From Candidatus Aminicenantales bacterium (GTDB lineage: Bacteria > Acidobacteriota > Aminicenantia > Aminicenantales > UBA4085): a DNA stretch of 64,000 nt. Below, one piece after another: positions 26,936-37,672 of the stretch (the first letter of the stretch is position 1; every line of letters begins with the position of its first letter). Location: the NCBI GenBank assembly GCA_049515535.1, contig JBEKTZ010000004.1, positions 124,001 to 188,000 on the forward strand, in the 5' to 3' direction. The position numbers and the translations under genes are program-made. A model generated the notes under the pieces. The model was given only the letters and a program-made list of their open reading frames with translations. It had not been told where the DNA came from and searched no databases.

Positions 26936-27375
26936 TCGATGAACAGCTTCCCGTTCAAATGGTCGATCTCATGACAGAAGACCCTGGCCAGGAGATCGGC
27001 GGCATGGATGACGCGTTCTTTCCCTTCCAAGTCCATGCCTTTTATGACAACTCTCTGCGGCCGGGCCACTTTCTCGAAGATTTCGGGCACGGAAAGACAT
27101 CCTTCTTCGCGGATGGTCTTGCCTTCTTTCTCGATGATCTCGGGGTTGACCAGGACGATCACTTCGTGTTTTTCTTTCCCCAGGGATAAATCCACCGTGA
27201 TCAGGCGTTGGCTCACGTTCAGCTGGGGAGCTGACAGGCCGAGGCCCGGCGCGGCGAGCATGGTTTCGATCATGTTCTTGGCGAGCCGCCGGATGTCTTC
27301 GTCGATTTTTTCGACGGGCAGGGCTTTTTTCAAGAGCGTCGGATGCCCGATCTTGATGATTTCGAGGACGGCCAT
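26863..27375 (-). CDS. def: Peptide deformylase
   Basis: GLGLSAPQ, EGCLS, HEIDH. Confidence 0.95.
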   Translation of the reverse strand: MAVLEIIKIGHPTLLKKALPVEKIDEDIRRLAKNMIETMLAAPGLGLSAPQLNVSQRLITVDLSLGKEKHEVIVLVNPEIIEKEGKTIREEGCLSVPEIFEKVARPQRVVIKGMDLEGKERVIHAADLLARVFCHEIDHLNGKLFIEWLSPLKRSLIKKRFKKKAKPGKP

Positions 27376-27524
27376 GTTTTTTTTCCAGCATCCCTATTTT
27401 AACGGAATCGTTTCTTGAGTTCAAACGACGAGAAGGTTTTCCGCCTCAGGAGGCCGACACGGACGGCATACGCGGCTTCCCCCGTTCCTTTGGCCCTTTG
27501 GGGACGGCGGACGATCTCCTTCTC

Positions 27525-29555
27525 TCAGATCACGGCCGTAGGCGGAGCAGGCTCGTCCGCGGCTCCGGCGTTTTTCAAAGGCACGGCGATCAGGTAAAAG
27601 GCGATCAGGGCCAGCACGATCAATCCGACGAGATAGCTCGGGCTGCCGAAGATCGTCGGAATGTCTATTTTGATCACGTTATTGAGAAACAGGAATTTCC
27701 ATAGAGCCCGCAGCAATCCGGTCAATCCTTCTCCCGCGATCAACCCGGCCGCGAGCAGGATGCCGACATTGTCCACGCGCGCCTTTTGGGCCGCGTTATA
27801 ATGGCGCTTGGCGATGAATTTGTCCGTGAGGCCTTTGATCATACCGCCGCAGAAAATGGCGAACGTGGTCTCCAGGGGGAGATACATGCCGACGGCCACG
27901 AGCATGGGAGATTTGACTTGAATCAGGATGAAGGCGAAGCCCATGAGCATGCCGACGATGACCAGCGGCCAGGCCATCTCGCCGCCGACGATCCCTTTGG
28001 CAAGCGCGGCCATCAGGCCTGCTTGCGGAGCGGCCAAATCCTTGCTCCCGAAGGTGAAGGCGCCATGGAGGAGCCAAAGCGGGAAGTACATGACCATGGA
28101 CGCGAGCAAAATGCCGAAGATGTCGCCGACCTGCATTTTCCAGGGCGTGCCGCCCAGAAGATGTCCCACCTTGAGATCCTGGAGCATTTCGCCGGCGACG
28201 GCGGAGGACACGCAGACGACCGCGGCCACACCGAGGACCGCGGCGACGCCGCTCGTCCCCGAGGCGCCGATAAGGACCATCAAAAGCGCGGCGATGATCA
28301 GCGTCGAGAGCGTCAGGCCGGAAATCGGGTTATTCGAGGAGCCGATGGTCCCGACCAGGTTGCCGGAGACCGCGGCAAAGAAAAATCCGGCGACGGCCAT
28401 GACCGCTGCGGCCAGGATCGCGGGAGGATAAGCGCCGGCGAAAATCCGGTAGACGAAGATCATGAGGACGAAGGTGATCGCCAATCCGCCGAGAACCAGC
28501 TTGATATTCAGATCTTTCTCGAGCCGGGACGAAACGGAGGTTTGCCCGGCGGCTTTTTTGACATCGCCCAGAGATCTCTTCATTCCGTTGGCCAGGTTTT
28601 TACGCATTCGGAAAAGTGTATAGCCCGCGCCGACCAGCATCCCGCCCACGGCGATCGGGCGGATGATGAATTTCCAAACGTTCGTGACCAGGTCCGCCCA
28701 ATTTGCGTCGGCCATCGCGACTCCAGGACCGTAAAACGTCGCGATCAACTGCGGCCCGAAAAAATACATGAGCAGGGGGGCGAAAAGCCCCCAGGCCAGG
28801 ACGCCGCCGGCGAAGTTGAGTGAAGCCAGCCTCGGGCCGATGATGTATCCGACGCCGATATAGGCGGGAAAAATGCCGGGACCCGAAACGGCGACCGTTC
28901 CTCCCGACCCGATCTTGGCCGCGTTTTCAGCCGAGCCGAGACGGACAAAACTCGCTCCGATCTTCCCGACTCTGAGGATGAAGTCCTTCGATGCGGCAAA
29001 GAGCTGGATCACCCCGAGCGCGTAGAGCAGGGAGCCGAAGCCCATGGCCAGAAAAAGATGCTTGGCGCCCGCGCTGCCCTTCTGGCCGGCTTTATGAATC
29101 TCGGCCGCGGCCATGGATTCGGGAAAGGTCAGATCGGGATCCGTGACCATCACCCGCCGTAAAAAAGTCACGAACAGGATTCCCAGGAGACCGCCGACGA
29201 ACAGTAGGGCGGTCGTCTTGAGATAAGCGTCGAAGGAGAAGGTGCTGAAATTGGTCCATACGCCGGAGATGATGAACGCCGGGATGGTGAAGATGGCGCC
29301 CGCGGCGACGGATTCGCCGATAGAGCCGACGGTCCGGGCGATGTTCTCTTCGAGGATGGAGCCTTTCATCAGCTTCAGGATGGCCATGCCGATGACGGCC
29401 GCGGGGTACGTGGCGGCGATCGTCATTCCGGCCCTCAGTCCGAGATAGGCGTTGGCGGCGCCGAGGATGACGGTCAGGAACAGGCCGATGATCAAGGCTT
29501 TGAACGTGAATTCCTTCATGTCGGTTTTTTCGGGAACAAACGGTTGTTGGCTCAT
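27525..29555 (-). CDS. OPT-family oligopeptide transporter
   Basis: NAYLGLRAG, ENIARTVGSIGES, FPES, SSNNPISG, QDLKVGHLLG, APQA. Confidence 0.92.
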   Translation of the reverse strand: MSQQPFVPEKTDMKEFTFKALIIGLFLTVILGAANAYLGLRAGMTIAATYPAAVIGMAILKLMKGSILEENIARTVGSIGESVAAGAIFTIPAFIISGVWTNFSTFSFDAYLKTTALLFVGGLLGILFVTFLRRVMVTDPDLTFPESMAAAEIHKAGQKGSAGAKHLFLAMGFGSLLYALGVIQLFAASKDFILRVGKIGASFVRLGSAENAAKIGSGGTVAVSGPGIFPAYIGVGYIIGPRLASLNFAGGVLAWGLFAPLLMYFFGPQLIATFYGPGVAMADANWADLVTNVWKFIIRPIAVGGMLVGAGYTLFRMRKNLANGMKRSLGDVKKAAGQTSVSSRLEKDLNIKLVLGGLAITFVLMIFVYRIFAGAYPPAILAAAVMAVAGFFFAAVSGNLVGTIGSSNNPISGLTLSTLIIAALLMVLIGASGTSGVAAVLGVAAVVCVSSAVAGEMLQDLKVGHLLGGTPWKMQVGDIFGILLASMVMYFPLWLLHGAFTFGSKDLAAPQAGLMAALAKGIVGGEMAWPLVIVGMLMGFAFILIQVKSPMLVAVGMYLPLETTFAIFCGGMIKGLTDKFIAKRHYNAAQKARVDNVGILLAAGLIAGEGLTGLLRALWKFLFLNNVIKIDIPTIFGSPSYLVGLIVLALIAFYLIAVPLKNAGAADEPAPPTAVI

Positions 29556-29688
29556 CCCAGTCTCCTTTCCGCGATTGCGCTGTCCTATGTATATTAGAAT
29601 TGATGCGATTTAGTCAAGGCCGGACGATTTTATTTGCGCGAAAACAGAAATTATGCTAAATAACTCCCGTGATTAGAGAAGGATAGAC

Positions 29689-30720
29689 ATGGGATTTATC
29701 AGTTGGGTGAAAGGCCGACTTTTTTGTGATCTCGCCATCGACCTTGGAACGGCGAACACGCTCGTGTACCTCAAAGGCAAGGGCATCATCATTCAGGAGC
29801 CTTCGATCGTCGTCATCAATCGGCAGAGCGGAAAAGTCGAGGCCGTCGGCGGCCGGGCCAAGGAAATGCTCGGCAAGACGCCGAGCAATACGCTGGCCAT
29901 AAAACCGATGCGCGACGGCGTCATCGCCGATTTCGAGATTGCCGAGAAGATGCTCGACTTTTTCATAAAAAAGGCGACGAACAACCGCGGGTTCCTCCTG
30001 CGTCCCCGGATCGTCATCGGCATTCCCACCGGCATCACTCAAGTCGAGCGGCGGGCCGTGAAAGACGTGGCCATGCGGGCCAAGGCGACCGAGGTTTTTC
30101 TCGTCGAACAGCCCATGTCCGCGGCGGTCGGGGCCGGCTTGCCGATCTCCGAACCGACCGGCAACATGGTCGTGGACATCGGCGGCGGCACGACCGACAT
30201 CGCTGTCATCTCGCTCAACGGCATCGTCTTCAATCATTCGATCCGCATCGCGGGCAACGAGATGGACGAAGCCATCATCCAGTATCTCAAGAAAAAGTAC
30301 AACCTTCTCATCGGCGAGCGAAGCGCGGAGCTCGTCAAAATGCAGATCGGCTCGGCCTATCCCCTGGACGAGCCGCTGACGATGGAGATCAAGGGGCGGG
30401 ACCTTCGGGAAGGCATTCCCAAAACGATCGTCATCGACGATCAGGAGATTCGCGAATCCCTGGAGGACGTCGTCGCCTCGATCGTCAACGCGGTTCGAAT
30501 CGCGCTGGAGAAAACGCCGCCCGAGCTCTCGGCCGACATCATCGACCGGGGGATCATCCTGACCGGGGGAGGGGCTTTGCTCAAGAATCTCGATAAACGG
30601 ATCCGCGAGGAAACGCAGCTCCCCGTGTTCATCACGGAAGATCCGCTGACGACGGTCGTTTTAGGGGCGGGCAAGATGCTCGACGATCTGGAGCTTTTGA
30701 AGAAGATCGCGGTCACGTAA
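29689..30720 (+). CDS. mreB: Rod shape-determining actin MreB
   Basis: DLGTANT, DIGGGTT, LTGGGALL. Confidence 0.97.
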   Translation: MGFISWVKGRLFCDLAIDLGTANTLVYLKGKGIIIQEPSIVVINRQSGKVEAVGGRAKEMLGKTPSNTLAIKPMRDGVIADFEIAEKMLDFFIKKATNNRGFLLRPRIVIGIPTGITQVERRAVKDVAMRAKATEVFLVEQPMSAAVGAGLPISEPTGNMVVDIGGGTTDIAVISLNGIVFNHSIRIAGNEMDEAIIQYLKKKYNLLIGERSAELVKMQIGSAYPLDEPLTMEIKGRDLREGIPKTIVIDDQEIRESLEDVVASIVNAVRIALEKTPPELSADIIDRGIILTGGGALLKNLDKRIREETQLPVFITEDPLTTVVLGAGKMLDDLELLKKIAVT

Positions 30721-30734
30721 TTCGAATAAATGGG

Positions 30735-31571
30735 ATGCCTCGCTTTCTGAAGGAAAAGAAAAAGTCGCTGATTTTCGGGGGGCTCCTTATGGCTCAGCTC
30801 ATCCTGATCTCCATTCAGGTTCCGCTCGGTGAAGAGCCGAGCTATCTCGAAAAAGCGGTCTTTTTCGTCCTGGCGCCCGTCCAGCGGGCCGTTCATGGAA
30901 TATTCCAGATGTCCGGCCGGATCTGGAATCGTTATGTTTATCTCCGCCAGGTCGAACGCCAAAATCAGCAATTACGGGATGAGTCGTTCCATCTCCGGCA
31001 GACGAACATGCTCCTGGCGACAGAGATCGCCAGGCTCAAGGATGAGCATGAGGCTGAACGCTATCTGTCGACCCTTGGCCGGTCGTTTCTCCTGGCGACG
31101 GTGATCGGGGTGGACGCGGCGAACATTTATAAATCCATCATCATCGATAAGGGTTCGCTTAACGGATTGAAGAGCAACATGGCCGTCGTGGATAGGAACG
31201 GCTGCCTGGTCGGTCGGATCACGAACCCGATTTCCCCGAGAGAAGCCACGGTCCAGCTTCTCACCGATGACAACAGCTCGATCGGCGTCTACTCGGAGAC
31301 GAACAAAGTCCTGGGTGTTCTGGCCGGCAACGCGAAGAGCGGGATCTGCGGACTCAAATACGTGAACGCGACGAACGAACGACTCGTGGCGGGCGAGGAA
31401 CTGATCACGTCCGGCTTCGACAAGATCTTCCCGTCGGGACTAAAGGTCGGGCAGATCCAATCCATCGGGACCGATAATTCGCTGTTCAAGAAGATCGAGG
31501 TCAAACCCCACTTGAATTTCAGCGAGTTGCATTTTGTCGCCGTTCTGATCGAAAAACAGGACGGTCCCTAG
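30735..31571 (+). CDS. mreC: Rod shape-determining protein MreC
   Basis: N-terminal TM, coiled coil, IDKG, TSG..FPSGL; synteny. Confidence 0.92.
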   Translation: MPRFLKEKKKSLIFGGLLMAQLILISIQVPLGEEPSYLEKAVFFVLAPVQRAVHGIFQMSGRIWNRYVYLRQVERQNQQLRDESFHLRQTNMLLATEIARLKDEHEAERYLSTLGRSFLLATVIGVDAANIYKSIIIDKGSLNGLKSNMAVVDRNGCLVGRITNPISPREATVQLLTDDNSSIGVYSETNKVLGVLAGNAKSGICGLKYVNATNERLVAGEELITSGFDKIFPSGLKVGQIQSIGTDNSLFKKIEVKPHLNFSELHFVAVLIEKQDGP

Positions 31572-31580
31572 CGGCGAAAT

Positions 31581-32063
31581 ATGAAAGACATCATCAAAGG
31601 CGGCCTGACGATCCTGGCGGCCTTCCTCATTTACAGCGCGCTTCATCAGCTCTCCGTTTCTGTCTTCATCGGCGTGAACGTATTTACGATCGTGGTCATC
31701 CTGTTCGGCATCATCGAGGGCGAAATCGGGGGGGCGATCATGGGCATGGTCAGTGGCCTTGTCGTCGATTCGTTCTCACTCGGCATTTTCGGTCTCTCCG
31801 GCATCGCCAATACGATCACCGGTTTTTTGGCCGGGTTCATTTCGAGAAAAATGAATATCCTTCCGCTCGGTCGAATGTTCGTTTTCATCGGCGTCATGGG
31901 CGCCTTGGACCTCGGCCTCTGGGTGCTCCTATCGTCGGTATTTTTCTCTGAGGGTATTCCCTGGGGCGGAGGCTTTCTTCTCGTCCAACCCGTTCTCACG
32001 GCCGTTTTGGGAACCCTGGGCTACTCATTTTATCGAAAGATCAAGGCGCGGCATGAAAGATAG
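31581..32063 (+). CDS. mreD: Rod shape-determining protein MreD
   Basis: Hydrophobic 160 aa protein between mreC and mrdA; G..G...D..S...G pattern. Confidence 0.85.
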   Translation: MKDIIKGGLTILAAFLIYSALHQLSVSVFIGVNVFTIVVILFGIIEGEIGGAIMGMVSGLVVDSFSLGIFGLSGIANTITGFLAGFISRKMNILPLGRMFVFIGVMGALDLGLWVLLSSVFFSEGIPWGGGFLLVQPVLTAVLGTLGYSFYRKIKARHER

Positions 32064-33849
32064 CCCGATCTACGAAGATGTGACCCGCCTTTTAAAGCGT
32101 TCTCAGATCGTCTTTTTCCTGGTTGAAATCCTTTTTTTCTTTACGGTGTTTTATTACTGGAAAATCCAGGTCCTCGACTACAAGAAATACTGGAACCAGT
32201 CGGAGGCCAACCGAACGCGCGAGGCCGTCATCCCGGCGGCGCGCGCCGTCCTGACGGACCGCAGCGGGTCGATCATCCTGGCGGATAACGTCGCCTCGTT
32301 CAGGGCTTCCATCATCCGCGAAAACACGAAAAATTACGACGAGTCGTGCCGGAATATCAGCCGGCTCCTCGATCTCGAAGAATCCGTCATCAAGCAGCGG
32401 ATGGAAAAATACAGGTCCCTGCCGCTCTTCAAGCCGATCGTCGTCAAAGACAACCTGACGCCGGAGGAGGTGGCCAGGATCGAGGCGCGGAAAATGGATC
32501 TTCCCGAACTCGTGATCGAAACCGAACCGAAAAGATTCTATCCGTTTGGGAAGCTGGCGGCACATCTCATCGGCTATATGCAGGAGTTGACTCCGGATGA
32601 ACTCCGGACGTCGCCCATTGACCGGAAGTTGGGCGACATGGCGGGAAAGATCGGCATCGAAAGTTTCTATGACGTGCGGCTATCCGGAGTGGACGGCAAA
32701 ATCGTTGAAGTCGTGGACAGCCTTGGCCGGAAAAGGGACGAACTCGACCGGATCGAGCCGAAACAGAATCCGAAGCTCGATCTGGCCTTGGATTATGACA
32801 TCCAGGCCAAGGCCGAAGAGCTTTTGGAGGGCAAAGACGGGGCGGTCGTCGTCCTTGACGCCAAGTCGGGAGGCATCATCGCCCTGGCCAGCAACCCGAC
32901 CTTCGACCCCAATAAGTTCGTCAACCGCTTCACTCCCGAGGAATGGACGGCCCTGGCCAATAATCCGGATACTCCGCTCATCAACCGGGCCATCCAGGGT
33001 CAGTATTCGCCCGGATCGATCTTCAAGCTCGTGATGGCCTCCGGCGCTCTCGATTCCGGAACGATCGTCGACCAGACGTCGTTCTTCTGCGGAGGAACGA
33101 TCCAGATCTATAATCGCCCGTTCCACTGCTGGTTCGAACCCGGCCATGGCTCACTCAATCTCTATGAGGCGATCCGGCAATCGTGCAACATCTATTTTTA
33201 CAACCTCGGCCGGATGATGGATATCAATATGATCGCGAGATACGCCGAAGAGATGGGGTTGGGTAGGAAAACGGGAATCGACATACCGGGAGAAAAAGAA
33301 GGTTTGGTTCCAAGCACGGAATGGAAAAGAAAGGCTCAGGGCGCGGCCTGGATGCCGGGGGAAACGATCTCCGTGGCGATCGGCCAGGGACCTCTTCAGG
33401 TCACGCCGATTCAGATCGCGGCGATGACGGCGCTGATCGCGCAGAGGGGCGTGAAGGTCCGTCCCCATGTCCTCCTCGACGCGTCGCCGCCGGCGGATTC
33501 GGTCAAGATTGCTCCCGCTATCTTCGAGAAAGTCATCGAAGGCATGTGGCGTTCGGCGAACATGGGGGGGACGGGGCAGGCCGCCAAAGTCGACAAATTC
33601 GACGTCTGCAGCAAGACCGGATCCACCCAGACAATCGGCCGGGATACGGCGGAACGCCTTTCGATCCAGAAGAAAACCCATTCCTGGTTCACGGGCTTCG
33701 CCCCGCGTAACAATCCCCGGGTCGTCGTGACCGTGCTCGTTGAATTCGGCGGCATGGGCGGGGAGACGGCCGGGCCGATCGCCGGAAAGATCTTCCAACT
33801 TTACAAGAGCAAGTATTATGATCGACAGAGTTCAGCTCCGAGAAATTGA
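32053..33849 (+). CDS. mrdA: Penicillin-binding protein 2
   Basis: SIFK, SCN and KTG motifs; N-terminal TM. Confidence 0.93.
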   Translation: MKDSPIYEDVTRLLKRSQIVFFLVEILFFFTVFYYWKIQVLDYKKYWNQSEANRTREAVIPAARAVLTDRSGSIILADNVASFRASIIRENTKNYDESCRNISRLLDLEESVIKQRMEKYRSLPLFKPIVVKDNLTPEEVARIEARKMDLPELVIETEPKRFYPFGKLAAHLIGYMQELTPDELRTSPIDRKLGDMAGKIGIESFYDVRLSGVDGKIVEVVDSLGRKRDELDRIEPKQNPKLDLALDYDIQAKAEELLEGKDGAVVVLDAKSGGIIALASNPTFDPNKFVNRFTPEEWTALANNPDTPLINRAIQGQYSPGSIFKLVMASGALDSGTIVDQTSFFCGGTIQIYNRPFHCWFEPGHGSLNLYEAIRQSCNIYFYNLGRMMDINMIARYAEEMGLGRKTGIDIPGEKEGLVPSTEWKRKAQGAAWMPGETISVAIGQGPLQVTPIQIAAMTALIAQRGVKVRPHVLLDASPPADSVKIAPAIFEKVIEGMWRSANMGGTGQAAKVDKFDVCSKTGSTQTIGRDTAERLSIQKKTHSWFTGFAPRNNPRVVVTVLVEFGGMGGETAGPIAGKIFQLYKSKYYDRQSSAPRN

Positions 33850-34909
33850 CTGGATCCTTATCGGGCTCCTGCTCGTGAACGCGATCATCGGGATCCTGTT
33901 GATCTACAGCGCCTCGCATTATCAGCCCGGGAATTACTACATCCGTCAGATCATCTGGCTGCTCGTCAGCCTGGCCGCCCTCTTCCTGGTCCTATCGATC
34001 GATTATAAAGTTCTGATGGGATTTTCTCCTTATTTTTACCTGATTTTCGTCATCGTTCTGACGGCGCTGCTGATCTTCGGGCGGATGATAGCCGGGGCCA
34101 AGAGTTGGATTCGCGTGGCGTTCTTCGGTGGCCAGCCTTCCGAGCTCGCTAAAATCGCGGTGGTTCTCATCCTTGCCCGGATCTTCTCGGAATTCCGCAG
34201 GAATTATATGAGCCTGGGCTTCGCGGCCCTCAGCGGGGCGGCTGTTTTCGTCCCCGTGGCCCTTGTCGCGTTCCAGCCCGATCTCGGAACGGCCCTCACC
34301 TTTTTGCCGATCGCTTTCGGCTGCTTCGTTTTCGCCGGATTGAATAAAAAGACGGTGGCGCTGTGTTTGATCGCCGCCGTTCTCGCGGGCTTCGCCGGCT
34401 GGAATTTCTTCTTGAAAGATTATCAGAAAAAGCGGATCATGACGCTGGTCAATCCCGGCCAGGATCCGCTGGGTTCCGGATATCATATCCTCCAGTCCAA
34501 GATCGCCATCGGCTCGGGCGGGGTGGCCGGGAAGGGCTTCAAAAAAGGCACCCAAAGCCAGCTTCGCTTCCTTCCTGCGCGCCACACCGATTTCATTTTC
34601 TCGGTTCTTGGGGAGGAATTCGGCTTTCTCGGCGTCTTTATCGTCTTTCTGAGCTATTTTTTCTTTTTGGCCAGGATGTTTCGTTCCGTGGGAAAATCCC
34701 GGGACAGGGCCGGGATGTACATCGTTTTCATGGTGGCCTGTATGTTGGCTTTCCAGTTCCTGGTTAATGTCTTAATGATCATCGGCCTTCTCCCGATCAT
34801 GGGCATTCCCATTCCCTTGATCAGCTATGGCGGATCTTCCCTCCTCACGAGCTTTCTGGCCGTGGGACTTGTCGTCAACGTCAAGATGAGAAGATTCGTC
34901 AATGTCTGA
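33818..34909 (+). CDS. rodA: SEDS glycosyltransferase RodA
   Basis: QPSELAK, QPDLGT, HTDFIFSVLGEE, SYGGSS; start reassigned to ATG 33818. Confidence 0.94.
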   Translation: MIDRVQLREIDWILIGLLLVNAIIGILLIYSASHYQPGNYYIRQIIWLLVSLAALFLVLSIDYKVLMGFSPYFYLIFVIVLTALLIFGRMIAGAKSWIRVAFFGGQPSELAKIAVVLILARIFSEFRRNYMSLGFAALSGAAVFVPVALVAFQPDLGTALTFLPIAFGCFVFAGLNKKTVALCLIAAVLAGFAGWNFFLKDYQKKRIMTLVNPGQDPLGSGYHILQSKIAIGSGGVAGKGFKKGTQSQLRFLPARHTDFIFSVLGEEFGFLGVFIVFLSYFFFLARMFRSVGKSRDRAGMYIVFMVACMLAFQFLVNVLMIIGLLPIMGIPIPLISYGGSSLLTSFLAVGLVVNVKMRRFVNV

Positions 34910-37439
34910 GGATTGGACGCGGTCCATCCTTGAGAAATGCGGCCCGACAGTGGAGAAGCCGGGTCGATATACCGGCGGAGAATGGAACGAAATCCGCAAA
35001 AATCCCTCCGCCGTCCGGACGAAAGTCGCCCTCGCTTTTCCCGATGTCTATGAAATCGGGATGTCGTACCTCGGACAGAAAATCCTGTATTCCCTGATCA
35101 ATGCTCGGCCTTCCTGCCTGGCCGAACGGGTGTTCGCGCCCTGGCCGGATTTCGAGCGGGAACTGAGAATGAACGGCGATCCCCTCCGATCGCTGGAGAA
35201 CAAACTCCCCTTGTCCGCATTCGATATTCTGGGGTTTTCTCTTCTTTATGAGCTGAATTATTCCAACATCCTGACGATCCTCGATCTGGGCGGGATTCCC
35301 TTTTCGGCGATGGACAGGGGAACGCGACATCCTCTGGTCATCGCCGGAGGTCCGGCCGCATTCAATCCCGAACCGGTGGCCGGGCTTTTTGACCTGTTCC
35401 TTCTCGGCGATGGGGAAGAAGGGCTCTTGGAAATCATCGATAAAGACGCGGAGATGAGAAGCCGGGGAGCTTCGAGAAAGGACAGGCTGAGGGAACTCGC
35501 TCGTATCCCGGGCGTTTATGTTCCGACTTTTTATGAGTCCTATGTTCCGGACGGCGGAAGACTCCAGGCCGTCCGCCCCATGGGTGACGTCCCGGCCGTA
35601 ATTAAAAAACGAGTGCTGCGTTCGTTTTCCCGCTCCCATTTTCCCGAGGACATCATTGTCCCTAATGTCCAAGCCGTCTTTGACCGCGTCGCCGTCGAAG
35701 TGGCGCGCGGCTGTCCCCAAAAATGCCGGTTCTGCCAGGCGACGAGCCTTTATGCGCCTTTCCGGGTCAAAGATCCGTCATTCGTCATCGAGAAAATATT
35801 CAAAAGCCTGCGCGCCACGGGGTACGAAGATGCGTCCCTGTTTTCCCTTTCCGTGAGCGACTATCCGTACCTGGGCGAGACGATCAAGATGCTCATGGAG
35901 AGACTGGAAAAAGATCATGTCTCTCTTTCGCTTTCTTCGTTGAGGCCGAAAGGTCTGTCGGCCGACATCGTCCGGAACATCATCAAAGTCCGGAAAACCG
36001 GGTTTACGCTCGTCCCGGAAGCCGGCTCCGAGCGCCTTCGCCGAGTGATCAACAAGAACCTGAATGACCAGGACCTCTGGGAGGCTTCGGCCAACGCGTT
36101 CCGCGAAGGTTGGAAACTCCTTAAGCTCTATTTCATGATCGGCCTCCCGACCGAAACGGAAGAGGATATCCTGGCGATCGTCGCGTTTGTGGACAAGCTC
36201 ACGGCGCTCGGACGGGGGATCCTTTCTTCGCCGCCGCGAATCCATCTGAGCATTTCTCCCTTCATCCCCAAACCGCATACGCCGTTTCAATGGGTGGCGA
36301 TGGAAGATCGGCAAACGCTATTGGAAAAAAAGATCGATCTGGGGCGCTTGTTGAAGAAAAGGCGTAACGTCCAGGTCAAAGAGCAGCCCATCGAGAATTC
36401 CGTCCTCGAGGCCGTTTTTTCGAGGGGAGACCGCCGTCTGACAAAGGTTTTGATAAACGCCTGGACCGCGGGTGCCCGGTTCGACAGTTGGAAGGATCAT
36501 TTTCAATTTTCTCTCTGGATGAGGGCCTTTGAGGATGCCGAAGTCGATTTTCAAGACTATTTGGGCGAAATGGACAGGAAAGTCCCTCTTCCCTGGGACC
36601 ATATCCATACGGGAATCGGAAAACGATTTCTGAGCGATGAACTGGATCGGGCCTTGAGGGCCGAGACTTCTCCGTCGTGCCTGGAGACGACATGCGGCGC
36701 CTGCCGGGGTTGCGATTTCAAGGCCGACGTCGAACGGGCCTTCATCAAGACCGTCGATGCGGACTGGCCGCAGAGGGTTCCTCTAGGGGTAATGACGGAG
36801 ACGGTTCTTCGCTATCAGGCGTTTTATGCCAAAAACGGCCCGGCCCGCTTCATCTCCCACAACGATCTTCTCAATGTCCTACAGCGCTCGTTCAAGAGGG
36901 CGGGCGTGGACGTCGTTTATTCCGAGGGTTTTCATCCGAAGATGCAGATGTCATTCCCCCCGGCCCTGCCCCTGGGCATGCGAGGGAACGAGGAATCGTT
37001 GGAATTCAAATCGCGCTATGAACTGGGCGAACGGGAATTCGTTTCGGCCGTCAATCGCCATGCGCCGGAGGGAATCCGGTTTCTCGGCTTGAAGAAGATC
37101 GAAAGCGCCGCTTTGTCTTTGACGGAAAGGATCGTCGGCTTGGTTTATTCCGTCGATCTGACGTCCGAAGCCGGGCGGCGAGGGATGGAGCGGACGCGAG
37201 AAGAAAAGAACCTTACCGGAAGCGAGGGCGATGTCGTGATGCATCTCGCGCAAAAGGTCCTCTTCGATAAGCCCGAACTTCTCGAAGAGATCTCTTTTGA
37301 CGAGGCCGGGCGTAAAATTCTCCTGCGCCTGGCCTATAACTCCCGGAAGTCTCTTCGTCCGCAGGACATCGTCGCGGACGCCTTCGGCCTCCAGGACGCC
37401 GTTTATTTCATGACGCGAGAGAGAATGATTTATCGATAA
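34902..37439 (+). CDS. B12-binding-like radical SAM protein (TIGR03960 type) fused to a DUF2344/TIGR03936-type domain
   Basis: FPDVYEIGMS, RGCPQKCRFC, PKPHTPFQW, CLETTCGACRGC, then ARFISHNDL..YSEGFHPK. Confidence 0.85.
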   Translation: MSEDWTRSILEKCGPTVEKPGRYTGGEWNEIRKNPSAVRTKVALAFPDVYEIGMSYLGQKILYSLINARPSCLAERVFAPWPDFERELRMNGDPLRSLENKLPLSAFDILGFSLLYELNYSNILTILDLGGIPFSAMDRGTRHPLVIAGGPAAFNPEPVAGLFDLFLLGDGEEGLLEIIDKDAEMRSRGASRKDRLRELARIPGVYVPTFYESYVPDGGRLQAVRPMGDVPAVIKKRVLRSFSRSHFPEDIIVPNVQAVFDRVAVEVARGCPQKCRFCQATSLYAPFRVKDPSFVIEKIFKSLRATGYEDASLFSLSVSDYPYLGETIKMLMERLEKDHVSLSLSSLRPKGLSADIVRNIIKVRKTGFTLVPEAGSERLRRVINKNLNDQDLWEASANAFREGWKLLKLYFMIGLPTETEEDILAIVAFVDKLTALGRGILSSPPRIHLSISPFIPKPHTPFQWVAMEDRQTLLEKKIDLGRLLKKRRNVQVKEQPIENSVLEAVFSRGDRRLTKVLINAWTAGARFDSWKDHFQFSLWMRAFEDAEVDFQDYLGEMDRKVPLPWDHIHTGIGKRFLSDELDRALRAETSPSCLETTCGACRGCDFKADVERAFIKTVDADWPQRVPLGVMTETVLRYQAFYAKNGPARFISHNDLLNVLQRSFKRAGVDVVYSEGFHPKMQMSFPPALPLGMRGNEESLEFKSRYELGEREFVSAVNRHAPEGIRFLGLKKIESAALSLTERIVGLVYSVDLTSEAGRRGMERTREEKNLTGSEGDVVMHLAQKVLFDKPELLEEISFDEAGRKILLRLAYNSRKSLRPQDIVADAFGLQDAVYFMTRERMIYR

Positions 37440-37591
37440 GCCGTCCGGATCCTCTCTGGACATCGCGGCCATGGCCGCATTAGTCCCTTCATGAACCCCG
37501 GCCGGGAGATGGGGAGGAAGGAACGCGCGGGCCGACGGCCATCACCTCCAAGCTCTTCTCCGCGGAAAGCGAATCCCCTCGACCGAGCGAT

Positions 37592-37620
37592 TTGACAGGC
37601 GATGATGAATTCTGTATAAA
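37592..37620 (+). promoter_or_regulatory. Sigma-70 promoter of the acyl-CoA dehydrogenase gene
   Basis: TTGACA-N17-TATAAA. Confidence 0.6.
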
Positions 37621-37672
37621 CATGGACATTCTTTTGCGGCGGAAGATTGAGATAATTGGAAAATAAGGAGTC

